Assembly (NCBI GenBank): GCA_030838785.1
Contig: JAUZEY010000207.1
Coordinates: 1 to 34,874 of the forward strand
Origin: Actinomycetota bacterium
GTDB lineage: Bacteria; Actinomycetota; Acidimicrobiia; IMCC26256; BP-133
DNA: 34,874 nucleotides
Reading direction: 5' to 3'
The position numbers and the translations under genes are program-made. A model generated the notes under the pieces. That model had not been told where the DNA came from and did not search any database. It was given only the letters and a program-made list of their open reading frames with translations. This document shows positions 8,092 through 15,712 of this stretch, piece by piece. How positions within the stretch are numbered: position 1 is the stretch's first letter; every line of letters begins with the position of its first letter.

Positions 8092-8892
8092 GTGGCAACC
8101 CTGGTCAGCTTTCACGCCCACCCCGACGACGAAGCGATCGCCTGCGGCGGCACCATGGCCAAGGCCGCCGCCGCCGGGCACCGGGTCGTCCTGGTCACGG
8201 CCACCTCGGGCGAGTGCGGCGAGGTGGCCGACGGCGTCCTCGACCCGGGCGAGACGCTGGGGGAGCGGCGCCAGAAGGAGCTGGCCGAGGCGGCCGAGAT
8301 CCTCGGCGTGGCCCGGGTGGAGATCCTGGGCTACCGCGACAGCGGCATGATCGGCACTCCGGAGAACGAGGACGCGGGGTGCTTCTGGCAGACGCCGGTC
8401 GACGAGGCGGCGGCCCGCCTGGCTCGCATCCTGGCCGAGGAGCGGCCGGACGCCCTCACGGTCTACGACGAGCACGGCAACTACGGCCATCCCGACCACA
8501 TCCAGGTCCACCGGGTCGGCGTGCGGGCGGCGGAGATGGCCCGGGTGGAGCGGGTCTACGAGGCGACGCTGAACCGCGACGAGTTCCGGCGGCTCATGGC
8601 CCGGGCCACCGAGCTCGGCCTTCCCGACGCCGCCGACCTGCCCGACATGGAAGACGTGGGCGACCAGATGGGGCTGCCCGAGGAGCTTCTGACGACGGCG
8701 GTCGACGTGTCGTCGCAGCTCGAGGTCAAGCGGCGGGCGATGGCCGCCCACGCCAGCCAGATCGACGAGAACTCTTTCTTCCTCACCATGCCGCCGGTCG
8801 CCTTCGCCGCGGCCTTCGGCACCGAGTGGTATCGGCGTCGCGGGGCGCCCCCCGGCCTGCGCGAACGGGAGATCCTCCCCAACGGGCTGTGA
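8092..8892 (+). CDS. PIG-L/LmbE-family deacetylase/amidase (MshB/Mca-like)
   Basis: FHAHPDDE, LGYRDSGM, GNYGHPDHIQVH, AHASQ; TAGTCT -10 lies 8 nt before the GTG. Confidence 0.9.
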   Translation: MATLVSFHAHPDDEAIACGGTMAKAAAAGHRVVLVTATSGECGEVADGVLDPGETLGERRQKELAEAAEILGVARVEILGYRDSGMIGTPENEDAGCFWQTPVDEAAARLARILAEERPDALTVYDEHGNYGHPDHIQVHRVGVRAAEMARVERVYEATLNRDEFRRLMARATELGLPDAADLPDMEDVGDQMGLPEELLTTAVDVSSQLEVKRRAMAAHASQIDENSFFLTMPPVAFAAAFGTEWYRRRGAPPGLREREILPNGL

Positions 8893-8898
8893 GCGAAC

Positions 8899-8959
8899 GT
8901 TTCCACGCTGGAAACACAAGCGAAAACGGCCCAGCACAGACACTTCGTAGCGTTCTGCT
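8899..8959 (+). promoter_or_regulatory. FNT promoter with GlnR-like box and TAGCGT -10
   Basis: TTTCC-n6-GAAAC-n6-GAAAA with 11-bp period (8900-8926); TAGCGT at 8948-8953. Confidence 0.5.
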
Positions 8960-9006
8960 CCAAAGGCCCGGCTGGCCTGTGGCCCGGGCACCGAAAGGAG
9001 CAGCCC

Positions 9007-9873
9007 ATGCCCATACCCATTGCCGAAGCCGTCTCGGAGCAGGCCGATCTGGCCCGGACGAAGGCGGTGGCGGCAAAGAACGTTCCGAAATTCCTGTTCT
9101 CCTCCGCGCTGGCCGGGGCCTACGTCGGCGTCGGGATCGTCCTCCTGGCCGCCACCACCGGGCCTTTGGCAGCGGCGAACTCTCCAGCCGTCAAGCTCGT
9201 CGCGGGGGCTGTCTTCGGAGTCGCTCTGACGCTGGTGATCATGGCCGGCGCGGACCTGTTCACCGGTCTGAACATGATCATGCTGCAGGGCTTGGCGGCG
9301 GGGACCGTGAATGCGCTCGAGCTCCTCTTCGTCTGGATCTCGTCGCTGGTGGGAAACCTGATCGGCGCTCTCGCCTTCTCCTGGCTGATAAACGCCGGCG
9401 GAACGCTGTCGGCGAAGACCCCGGCCGGGAAGCTCGGCCCGGGTGAGGCGTTCCTGGAGTCCCTGGTGAAGGCCAAGAACGCCGCGCCGGGCGCCCAGCT
9501 CTTCTGGCGGGCGCTGGCCTGCAACATGCTCGTCTGCCTGGCGGTGTGGATGGCCGCCCGGACGCGCAACGACGCCGCCAAGGTGATGGTCGTCTGGTGG
9601 TGCCTCATGGCGTTCATCGCCGTCGGCCTGGAGCACTCGATCGCCAACATGACGATCTACGGCGTGGCCATCTACCACCACGCCGCCGGGTATTCGGACC
9701 TCCTCCGCAACCTGACCTGGACCGTGCCGGGGAACATCGTGGGTGGGGGGCTCGTCATCGGCCTCGGCTACGCCTGGATCGCCGGGAAGAGTTCGGCGAT
9801 GCCGGCGGAAATGGTCGAGCCAACCCCGGTTGGCTCCAACGGGATGGCGGCGGAGGCGGCGGTCGCCCGCTGA
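9007..9873 (+). CDS. Formate/nitrite transporter (FNT) family channel, NirC-like
   Basis: LAGAYVG, GADLFTG, GNLIGA, CNMLVCLAVW, GLEHSIANM, PGNIVGG; AAGGAG RBS. Confidence 0.93.
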   Translation: MPIPIAEAVSEQADLARTKAVAAKNVPKFLFSSALAGAYVGVGIVLLAATTGPLAAANSPAVKLVAGAVFGVALTLVIMAGADLFTGLNMIMLQGLAAGTVNALELLFVWISSLVGNLIGALAFSWLINAGGTLSAKTPAGKLGPGEAFLESLVKAKNAAPGAQLFWRALACNMLVCLAVWMAARTRNDAAKVMVVWWCLMAFIAVGLEHSIANMTIYGVAIYHHAAGYSDLLRNLTWTVPGNIVGGGLVIGLGYAWIAGKSSAMPAEMVEPTPVGSNGMAAEAAVAR

Positions 9874-9904
9874 TTCAGCCCTCGTCGAGCAACACCCGAC
9901 CGTA

Positions 9905-9940
9905 AGCGGGGCCCGACGCAAGTCGGGCCCCGCTCTTTTG
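9905..9940 (+). terminator. Intrinsic terminator after the FNT gene
   Basis: Perfect 13-bp stem AGCGGGGCCCGAC, GCAA loop, GTCGGGCCCCGCT, then CTTTTG. Confidence 0.88.
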
Positions 9941-10034
9941 CGTCAATACCGTTCGAATGTTTCTCAATAGCCATTCGAATTTAAAGGGATAAGAACGTCG
10001 GTCGGCGGCTGCTAGAAGTTCCAAGCGAGATCCC

Positions 10035-10095
10035 GTTCTCTGGTTGGAAACATTCGGCAAACGGCTGCGACGCAAACGTTTCCTAGCGTCCTGCT
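10035..10095 (+). promoter_or_regulatory. Copper-cluster promoter with the same architecture as the FNT promoter
   Basis: TTCTC-n6-GAAAC-n6-CAAAC; GAAAC (10047) is 37 nt from TAGCGT (10084), the same distance as at the FNT promoter. Confidence 0.55.
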
Positions 10096-10244
10096 TGCGG
10101 TGGTTTGTCCGTTGTGTCCGCTTGCGGCGCTGACGGGACCTCCCACCCGCTGGCGCCCCATCGGGGGCGAAAACCCCGCATGTCCTTGCCGCCTTACATC
10201 ACACCAGATCGGGGTTGCACACCCGAGAAAGGGGCTGCGCCGCA

Positions 10245-12254
10245 GTGAGAGAAACCACCAAACGACCGCGCGGAAGCATCAGGAGGAAGCTGCTCGGGCT
10301 TCCCGCTCTGCTCCTCCTTGCGACTGTCGTCGGCACGGCGAGCCTGGCCGGTTTGGCCGGGGCGTCCTCGTCACAGGGGGGAGCGAAGTTCGACGCTGCC
10401 ACCTGGAAGCCGACGCTCGACAGTCCGCTCCCGCCGATGGAAGCGCCGCTGTCGTTCCACCTGAGCGACCAGCCGGCGTACTGGTACGACAACGGTCGAG
10501 CCGACCTCGAAGGAATCCTGCACACCCGCTCGCTGTCGGCGGCGGTAGCCGGGGTTCCGACGAAGGTGAAGTTCGAGATCGGTGAGCCGTACACCAGCCA
10601 GACCCACACCGTTTCCAGCATCGTCTGGCCGGTGGGGGCCAAGGGAGTGCCCTTCATCCAGCAGGGGTCCTTCGCCGGGGAGACCGAGTTCGAGCTCTCC
10701 TCGCCGGGCCTCTACGTGTTCCAGTGCCGGGTCCACCCCTACATGCTCGGGGCCGTCGTCAACGACGACCCGACCACGCCGGGCGCCGACCTGGGCAAGT
10801 CGGTCCACTGGATCGACGGTACCGACATGCCGACCGCTTCCGACGAGATCCTCTTCATCGTCTCGAAGTTCTTCATCGTGACGGAGCCGGCCAACTGGCA
10901 GTACTACTCGCCCGACCACCCGGTCGTGTGGGACCCGCAGTTCCCGAGCGCCCCGGTGATGACCGGCAACGCCGACGGCTCTCCGAACCTGATTCCCAAC
11001 CTCAACGACTACTTCCACGCCAAGTACCACCTGCCCCAGACCCTCAACCCGCCGACCAAACCTGACGTCCAGGCCGTGGGCGACATGATGGTCGACACGC
11101 AGTTCGAGAAGTCGGCCGGCAAGGACAAGCCCGGCTCCATCACCACGTTCGACGGTTCGACGTGGGAGATGGACCGCAAGATGTTCCTGCCGTCGATCAA
11201 TATGAACAACCCGCACAACATGGGCCTGAGCCGTGACCAGAAGACCCTGTTCCAGAGCCAGTGGTTCTCGAACAAGGTCACGGCGATCGACCTGGCTACC
11301 GGCAAGGAGCTCCACACCACGGAAGTCGGACCGTCCCCGTCGCACGTCATGCGGCGTCCGGGCACCGACACGCTCATCGTTCCCAACAACGGTGGCAACC
11401 GGATCGTGGAGCTCGACCCCGCCGGGTCGAAGGTGATCAAGTCGTACTTCACCCAGGCCCCGGGTCAGGACCCTGCCTTCCCCCACGCCCACTGGGTGAG
11501 CTTCGACGGGAAGCACGTGGTCACCCCGAACTCGAACGAGTCCAACGCTTCGCTGTTCGACCTCAGCGTGCCGAACATGGTCAAGCCGTTCTCCGGCGGG
11601 TTCCCCGTCGCGACGTCGATGACCAACGACGGCAAGCGGGCGTACGTGGCCAACCTCCTCGACCACACCATCCGGTGTTTGTCGGTGGATGCGCCCGCCT
11701 GCCCGACGCCTGACGGTTCGATCAAGGATACGTACTCGATCGACCTGCGGGAGCACTACAACAAGATCAGCGGCGAGTCGAACGGCCCCTACGGCCTTTC
11801 GCCGATCCAGCTGCCGGTCAGCCCCGACGACCACTACATGCTGGTGGTCGGCACCTTCACCGGCAACGTGCTCGAGATCGACATGAAGACGAACAAGATC
11901 GTCAAGTCGTTCCCGTGCGGTCCCGGTTGCCACGGCATCAACTTCGGCGCCAAGAAGGGCGGGGGCTACCTCGGTTACGTGTCGGTCAAGTTCGCCAACG
12001 TCGCCTGGGTCATCGACGGTGACCCCAACAGCGACGGCGACCTGTCCGACGCCCGCCTGACCGGTGGCGTCATCACCAGTGGCGCAGCCACCAAGATCAA
12101 CGACGACACGCCCAGCTCGCAGTTCGGGCAGGGCGGCCAGGGCGTCTGGGCCTACCCCGAGGTCTACAACGGGTGGGTGCAGGAGCTGCCCGACGAGTGG
12201 AAGTCCCAGTTGACCTGCCAGCAGCAGAACCCGCTCCTGAAGGCGGTCTGCTAA
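10245..12254 (+). CDS. Exported copper protein: N-terminal type-1 Cu cupredoxin domain fused to a YVTN/YncE-like beta-propeller, 669 aa, function unknown
   Basis: GAAAGGGG RBS then GTG; signal peptide with IRRKLL; T1 ligands HTVSS and CRVHPYM; propeller blades (VTAIDLATGK, EVGPSPSHV, DGKRAYVAN) with His motifs NPHN, PSH, PHAH and CHG. Confidence 0.8.
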   Translation: MRETTKRPRGSIRRKLLGLPALLLLATVVGTASLAGLAGASSSQGGAKFDAATWKPTLDSPLPPMEAPLSFHLSDQPAYWYDNGRADLEGILHTRSLSAAVAGVPTKVKFEIGEPYTSQTHTVSSIVWPVGAKGVPFIQQGSFAGETEFELSSPGLYVFQCRVHPYMLGAVVNDDPTTPGADLGKSVHWIDGTDMPTASDEILFIVSKFFIVTEPANWQYYSPDHPVVWDPQFPSAPVMTGNADGSPNLIPNLNDYFHAKYHLPQTLNPPTKPDVQAVGDMMVDTQFEKSAGKDKPGSITTFDGSTWEMDRKMFLPSINMNNPHNMGLSRDQKTLFQSQWFSNKVTAIDLATGKELHTTEVGPSPSHVMRRPGTDTLIVPNNGGNRIVELDPAGSKVIKSYFTQAPGQDPAFPHAHWVSFDGKHVVTPNSNESNASLFDLSVPNMVKPFSGGFPVATSMTNDGKRAYVANLLDHTIRCLSVDAPACPTPDGSIKDTYSIDLREHYNKISGESNGPYGLSPIQLPVSPDDHYMLVVGTFTGNVLEIDMKTNKIVKSFPCGPGCHGINFGAKKGGGYLGYVSVKFANVAWVIDGDPNSDGDLSDARLTGGVITSGAATKINDDTPSSQFGQGGQGVWAYPEVYNGWVQELPDEWKSQLTCQQQNPLLKAVC

Positions 12255-12261
12255 CCCAATC

Positions 12262-13737
12262 ATGCGCCGTTTCCTGATCGGCGCCCTTCTCGCCGCCGCC
12301 GGGGTGTTCGTCACCCCGGCGGCGGCTTGGGCCCATGCCGAGCTCCTGTCCTCCACCCCCGGCTACGGGGACCACCTGCCCACCGCGCCGGCCGAGATCC
12401 GGCTCGAGTTCTCGGGCGCCATGGACCTCACCGGCTCCCGCCTCACGTTGCAGCACAAGGGCGGAAAGACCGAGGCGCTGGGTCACCCGGCGCTGGCGTC
12501 CCCGGACCGCCGGGTGGTGGCGGTTCCCCTTCCGCCCAAGCTGGGCGACGGCGGATACTCCCTCGTCTGGTTCTTCCTCGGCAACGACGGCCACCTCATG
12601 GGCGGGGACATCGAATTCGCAGTCGGAAGGGCCGCACCGGAAGGCTCCGCCACCGTCGCCGCGTCGGCGGGCCGCGTCGAACCGACGGCCAAGGTCCGCT
12701 CGCTCGGGGACGGCATCGCCGGCCCCGCCATCGAACTGCAGGCCAGCACCGCTCCGGCACCGGCCCCGAAACGGGCCCGGTTCACCATTGCCGTCGCCAC
12801 TCCCCAGGCCGCCGTCCGCTTCCTCGACTACGCCAGCCTCGCCACCCTGATCGGCGGTGGGGCGTTCCTGGCCCTGGTGTGGACCGACGGCACCCGCGAG
12901 CGCCGGGCGCAGCAGCTGCTGTGGTGGGCGCTGCTCGGCTCGGCCGGCGCCACGCTGCTCAGCTTCGGCCTCACCGCCGCCGGCCTGCGGGGCGTCGGGG
13001 CCCTCGACGCCCTCCGCCCGTCCGTCATGAGTGCCGTGCTCGGCACCCGCTTCTCCCGGATCATCACGGCCCGGGCCGGGTTCCTGGCGTTGGGTTTCGT
13101 CGCTCTGGCCCTGCTGACGCTGGGCCGGGACCGGGCGGTCAGCTCCCGGTGGTGGCAGGGCCTGGCCGGAGTCGCCGCGGGCGGGGTGCTGGTCACCCAC
13201 GCCCTGCTCGGGCACGCCTCCAGCGAAGGTCTCCTGGCCCGCGTGGCCGTGCTGGTCCATATCGCCGGCGTGTCCGTCTGGCTCGGCGGTCTCATCTTTC
13301 TCGTCGTCGTCGTGCTGCCGCGACGGCGCCCCGACGAGGTCCGCGTCCTCCTGCCCCGCTTCTCCAGCCTGGCCTTCACGGCGGTGGCGGCCATGGTGGT
13401 GGCCGGGGCGGTGATGGTCACCCGGGTCGTGCCGAGGCTGAGCGCGCTGCCGCAGACCGGTTACGGCCGGATGCTGCTGCTCAAGCTGGCGTTCGTGGCG
13501 CTCCTGCTCGTGGCTGCCCAGCAGGCCCGCACCTTCACGGAGCGCCGCCTGGTGAAGGACTCCACCCGGCTGCGCCCGCTGCTCACCGCCGTGGGCGTGG
13601 AGCTGACCCTGGCCATCGTCATCCTCTCCTCGACCGCCGTGCTGGTGGGCCGGGTGCCGCCCACCACCCGCACCAACCGCACTGCTGCACCAATCGTCAC
13701 TGCACCGATCGTCACTGCACCGAAAGGACCGGGATGA
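12262..13737 (+). CDS. copCD: CopC-CopD fusion copper uptake/delivery protein
   Basis: Signal peptide ending AWA then HAELLSSTP (N-terminal His) and the DGH motif of CopC; multi-TM CopD part with GHA, HIAGVSVWLGG, PRFS and YGRMLLLK. Confidence 0.92.
   Translation: MRRFLIGALLAAAGVFVTPAAAWAHAELLSSTPGYGDHLPTAPAEIRLEFSGAMDLTGSRLTLQHKGGKTEALGHPALASPDRRVVAVPLPPKLGDGGYSLVWFFLGNDGHLMGGDIEFAVGRAAPEGSATVAASAGRVEPTAKVRSLGDGIAGPAIELQASTAPAPAPKRARFTIAVATPQAAVRFLDYASLATLIGGGAFLALVWTDGTRERRAQQLLWWALLGSAGATLLSFGLTAAGLRGVGALDALRPSVMSAVLGTRFSRIITARAGFLALGFVALALLTLGRDRAVSSRWWQGLAGVAAGGVLVTHALLGHASSEGLLARVAVLVHIAGVSVWLGGLIFLVVVVLPRRRPDEVRVLLPRFSSLAFTAVAAMVVAGAVMVTRVVPRLSALPQTGYGRMLLLKLAFVALLLVAAQQARTFTERRLVKDSTRLRPLLTAVGVELTLAIVILSSTAVLVGRVPPTTRTNRTAAPIVTAPIVTAPKGPG
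13685..13724 (+). repeat. 15-bp tandem repeat (about 2.6 copies) encoding APIVT
   Basis: CTGCACCAATCGTCA CTGCACCGATCGTCA CTGCACCGAA. Confidence 0.85.
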
Positions 13738-14213
13738 TCACACCACTACGCGCTGCCGCCCTCGCGGTCGCGACGGCGTTGCTCGTACCGATGGTGACGT
13801 CCGGCCCGGCCCGGGCCGAGGAGCACACCGACGAGATCAAGGGCCTCGCTTTCAACCCGGACCAGCTGTCGGTCCGGGCCGGTGACGCCGTCACCTGGGT
13901 CAACCACGACAGCGACAAGCATCACCTGCAGGGTGACGGGTTCGAGTCGAAGGATCTGCCCAACAACAGCACGTTCACGGTCCAGTTCCCGGAGCCGGGG
14001 GAGATCGCCTACCACTGCACGATCCACACCTATATGGAGGGCAAGGTCGTCGTGTTGAACCCCGACGGCAGCACGCCGCCTTCCACCGCCGGAGAGCCCG
14101 AGGCGCCGCCCGCCCCGTCGACCACGACGTCGAGCACCAACCCGCCCGGCCCGCTGGACGGCGTGCCGGCGGCGCCCGCACCGGCACCGCCCGTACCGGC
14201 GCCGAAGCGATGA
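13734..14213 (+). CDS. Secreted amicyanin/plastocyanin-like blue copper protein with Pro-rich tail
   Basis: Signal peptide; AFNPDQLSVRAGDAVTWVN, KHHL, YHCTIHTYMEGKVVV (C-x2-H-x2-M); ATGA overlap with copCD. Confidence 0.9.
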   Translation: MITPLRAAALAVATALLVPMVTSGPARAEEHTDEIKGLAFNPDQLSVRAGDAVTWVNHDSDKHHLQGDGFESKDLPNNSTFTVQFPEPGEIAYHCTIHTYMEGKVVVLNPDGSTPPSTAGEPEAPPAPSTTTSSTNPPGPLDGVPAAPAPAPPVPAPKR

Positions 14214-14230
14214 GCAGGAGGGACACCGAG

Positions 14231-15433
14231 ATGCGACAGACACGCCTGAACCTCCTCCTGGCCACGATCCTCACGGTCAACCTGATCGGTGTCGGGGTGC
14301 TCGTGGCCCGGACGGCCGAGCGGCGCCCGGTCACGGTGCGGGCCGGGGCCTCACCGAAGTACGACCTCAGCGCTCCGGATCAGCTGCCGGGAGAGATCTC
14401 CGTCGCCCCCGAATCCGGTTCGGGCAGCGGCCGCCCCGACAGCTTCGTCGGGGGCGCCGCCCGGGGCGACGGCACCGTCTTCGCCAAGTACGACGTGGCC
14501 GACGACGGCGCCAAGGTGTTCAAGCTCGACGCCGCTCCCTACACCTGGATCGTGGCCCCGGGCGTGAAGAAGCAGGCCTTCGCCTACAACGGCACCGTTC
14601 CCGGGCCGACGATCCGGGTCATCGAGGGCGACAAGGTGCGGGTGGTGGTGAGCAACCACCTGCCGATGGGAACCGCCGTCCACTGGCACGGCATGGTGCT
14701 GCCCAACAAGATGGACGGCGTCCCCGGCATCACCCAGGACCCGATCGAGCCGGGCGCATCGATGACCTACGAGTTCGTCGCCGTGGCCACCGGGACGCAC
14801 TGGTACCACAGCCACTTTGACGGCGACCAGGTCGGCAAGGGCCTCTACGGCTCCCTGGAGGTCGTGCCCCACACCGGGGACCGGGCCGTCGACCGCGACT
14901 ACCGGTTGTTCGTCGGTGACACGAACCTCGGCTTCGTGATCAACGGCCGGACCTATCCGGGCACGGAACCGCTCAAGGCCAAGGTGGGGGAGAAGATCCG
15001 GATCCGGCTCACCCCGACCGGTGAGCTCTCGCACCCCTTCCACCTCCACGGCCAGCCGTTCCAGCTGGTGGCCCAGGACGGGTTCGACTTACCCCAGCCC
15101 ATCACGATGGACACGCTGCTGATATCGACGGCCCAGACGTTCGACATCATCACCGTGGCGCTGGCGCCGGGGAAGTGGATGTTCCACTGCCACATCTTCA
15201 GCCATATGCACGCCGCAGGGCCGCATGCCGGGCACCAGATGGCGGGCCTCGTCACGACGCTCGACGTCGAACCCGCCGCGGTGCCCGCCGCTCCGCCGCT
15301 CAACGGCGTCAACCCCGCCGTCGGCGTGCCGTCCGCTCCCGTCACCCCCGGCCCCGACAACCCGCCCGGCGGTGACCCGAAGGACAAGGACAAGAACGGA
15401 GGGGGCACCGCCCCGCCGGGCGACCATCACTGA
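14231..15433 (+). CDS. Two-domain multicopper oxidase (type B, small-laccase-like) with N-terminal membrane/signal segment
   Basis: HWHG and WYHSH in domain 1; HPFHLHG and HCHIFSH in domain 2; AGGAGG RBS 8 nt before ATG 14231 (alternative start 14210). Confidence 0.9.
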   Translation: MRQTRLNLLLATILTVNLIGVGVLVARTAERRPVTVRAGASPKYDLSAPDQLPGEISVAPESGSGSGRPDSFVGGAARGDGTVFAKYDVADDGAKVFKLDAAPYTWIVAPGVKKQAFAYNGTVPGPTIRVIEGDKVRVVVSNHLPMGTAVHWHGMVLPNKMDGVPGITQDPIEPGASMTYEFVAVATGTHWYHSHFDGDQVGKGLYGSLEVVPHTGDRAVDRDYRLFVGDTNLGFVINGRTYPGTEPLKAKVGEKIRIRLTPTGELSHPFHLHGQPFQLVAQDGFDLPQPITMDTLLISTAQTFDIITVALAPGKWMFHCHIFSHMHAAGPHAGHQMAGLVTTLDVEPAAVPAAPPLNGVNPAVGVPSAPVTPGPDNPPGGDPKDKDKNGGGTAPPGDHH

Positions 15434-15446
15434 ACGCTGACGCCTT

Positions 15447-15484
15447 GACCACCCGCTGGGCTGGGGCGAGCCCAGCGGGTGGTC
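15447..15484 (+). terminator. Strong hairpin ending the copper operon
   Basis: Perfect 16-bp stem GACCACCCGCTGGGCT / AGCCCAGCGGGTGGTC with a 6-nt loop, 13 nt after the MCO stop; no U-tract. Confidence 0.75.
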
Positions 15485-15712
15485 GGCAGCGGACCGGATC
15501 GCTGGAGACGCCACTCCATCCTGGACCCCGTCACGATCGGGGTGGTTCTGCGTTGCGGGCCGCGCTCCCTCTACGGACAATTGCCGTGCCTCCGCCGGAA
15601 GCGGGGCAAGGTCGGACTCCCGTCGCGGCATCGGCATCGAGTCGTCATACGTTTGCAACTGTCCATGGCGCAACCGCTCCAGCGCAGGGCGAGGCCGGTA
15701 GCCTGAGCGCCG

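Noticed and set aside
10056-10090. GGCAAAC...GACGCAAA resembling a c-di-GMP-I riboswitch
   Set aside because: Only 6 nt separate the two motifs, with no GNRA-capped stem or receptor helix. The segment also lies upstream of the predicted -10, so it is better explained as promoter DNA.
10245-12254. Calling the large copper protein NosZ or NirS
   Set aside because: No binuclear CuA motif (C-x3-C-x3-H-x2-M), domain order reversed relative to NosZ, no nosDFYL genes, and no CxxCH heme motif near the N-terminus as in NirS.
14231-15433. Calling the MCO a NirK nitrite reductase
   Set aside because: NirK has its T1 Cu in domain 1. Here domain 1 has HSH with no Cys, the T1 Cys is in domain 2, and all four HxH trinuclear-site motifs are present, as in type B two-domain MCOs.
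15479-15706. 75-aa plus-strand ORF and a 31-aa Cys-containing minus-strand ORF in the gap after the copper operon
   Set aside because: No RBS, atypical codon usage and no motif; the plus-strand ORF begins inside the terminator hairpin.
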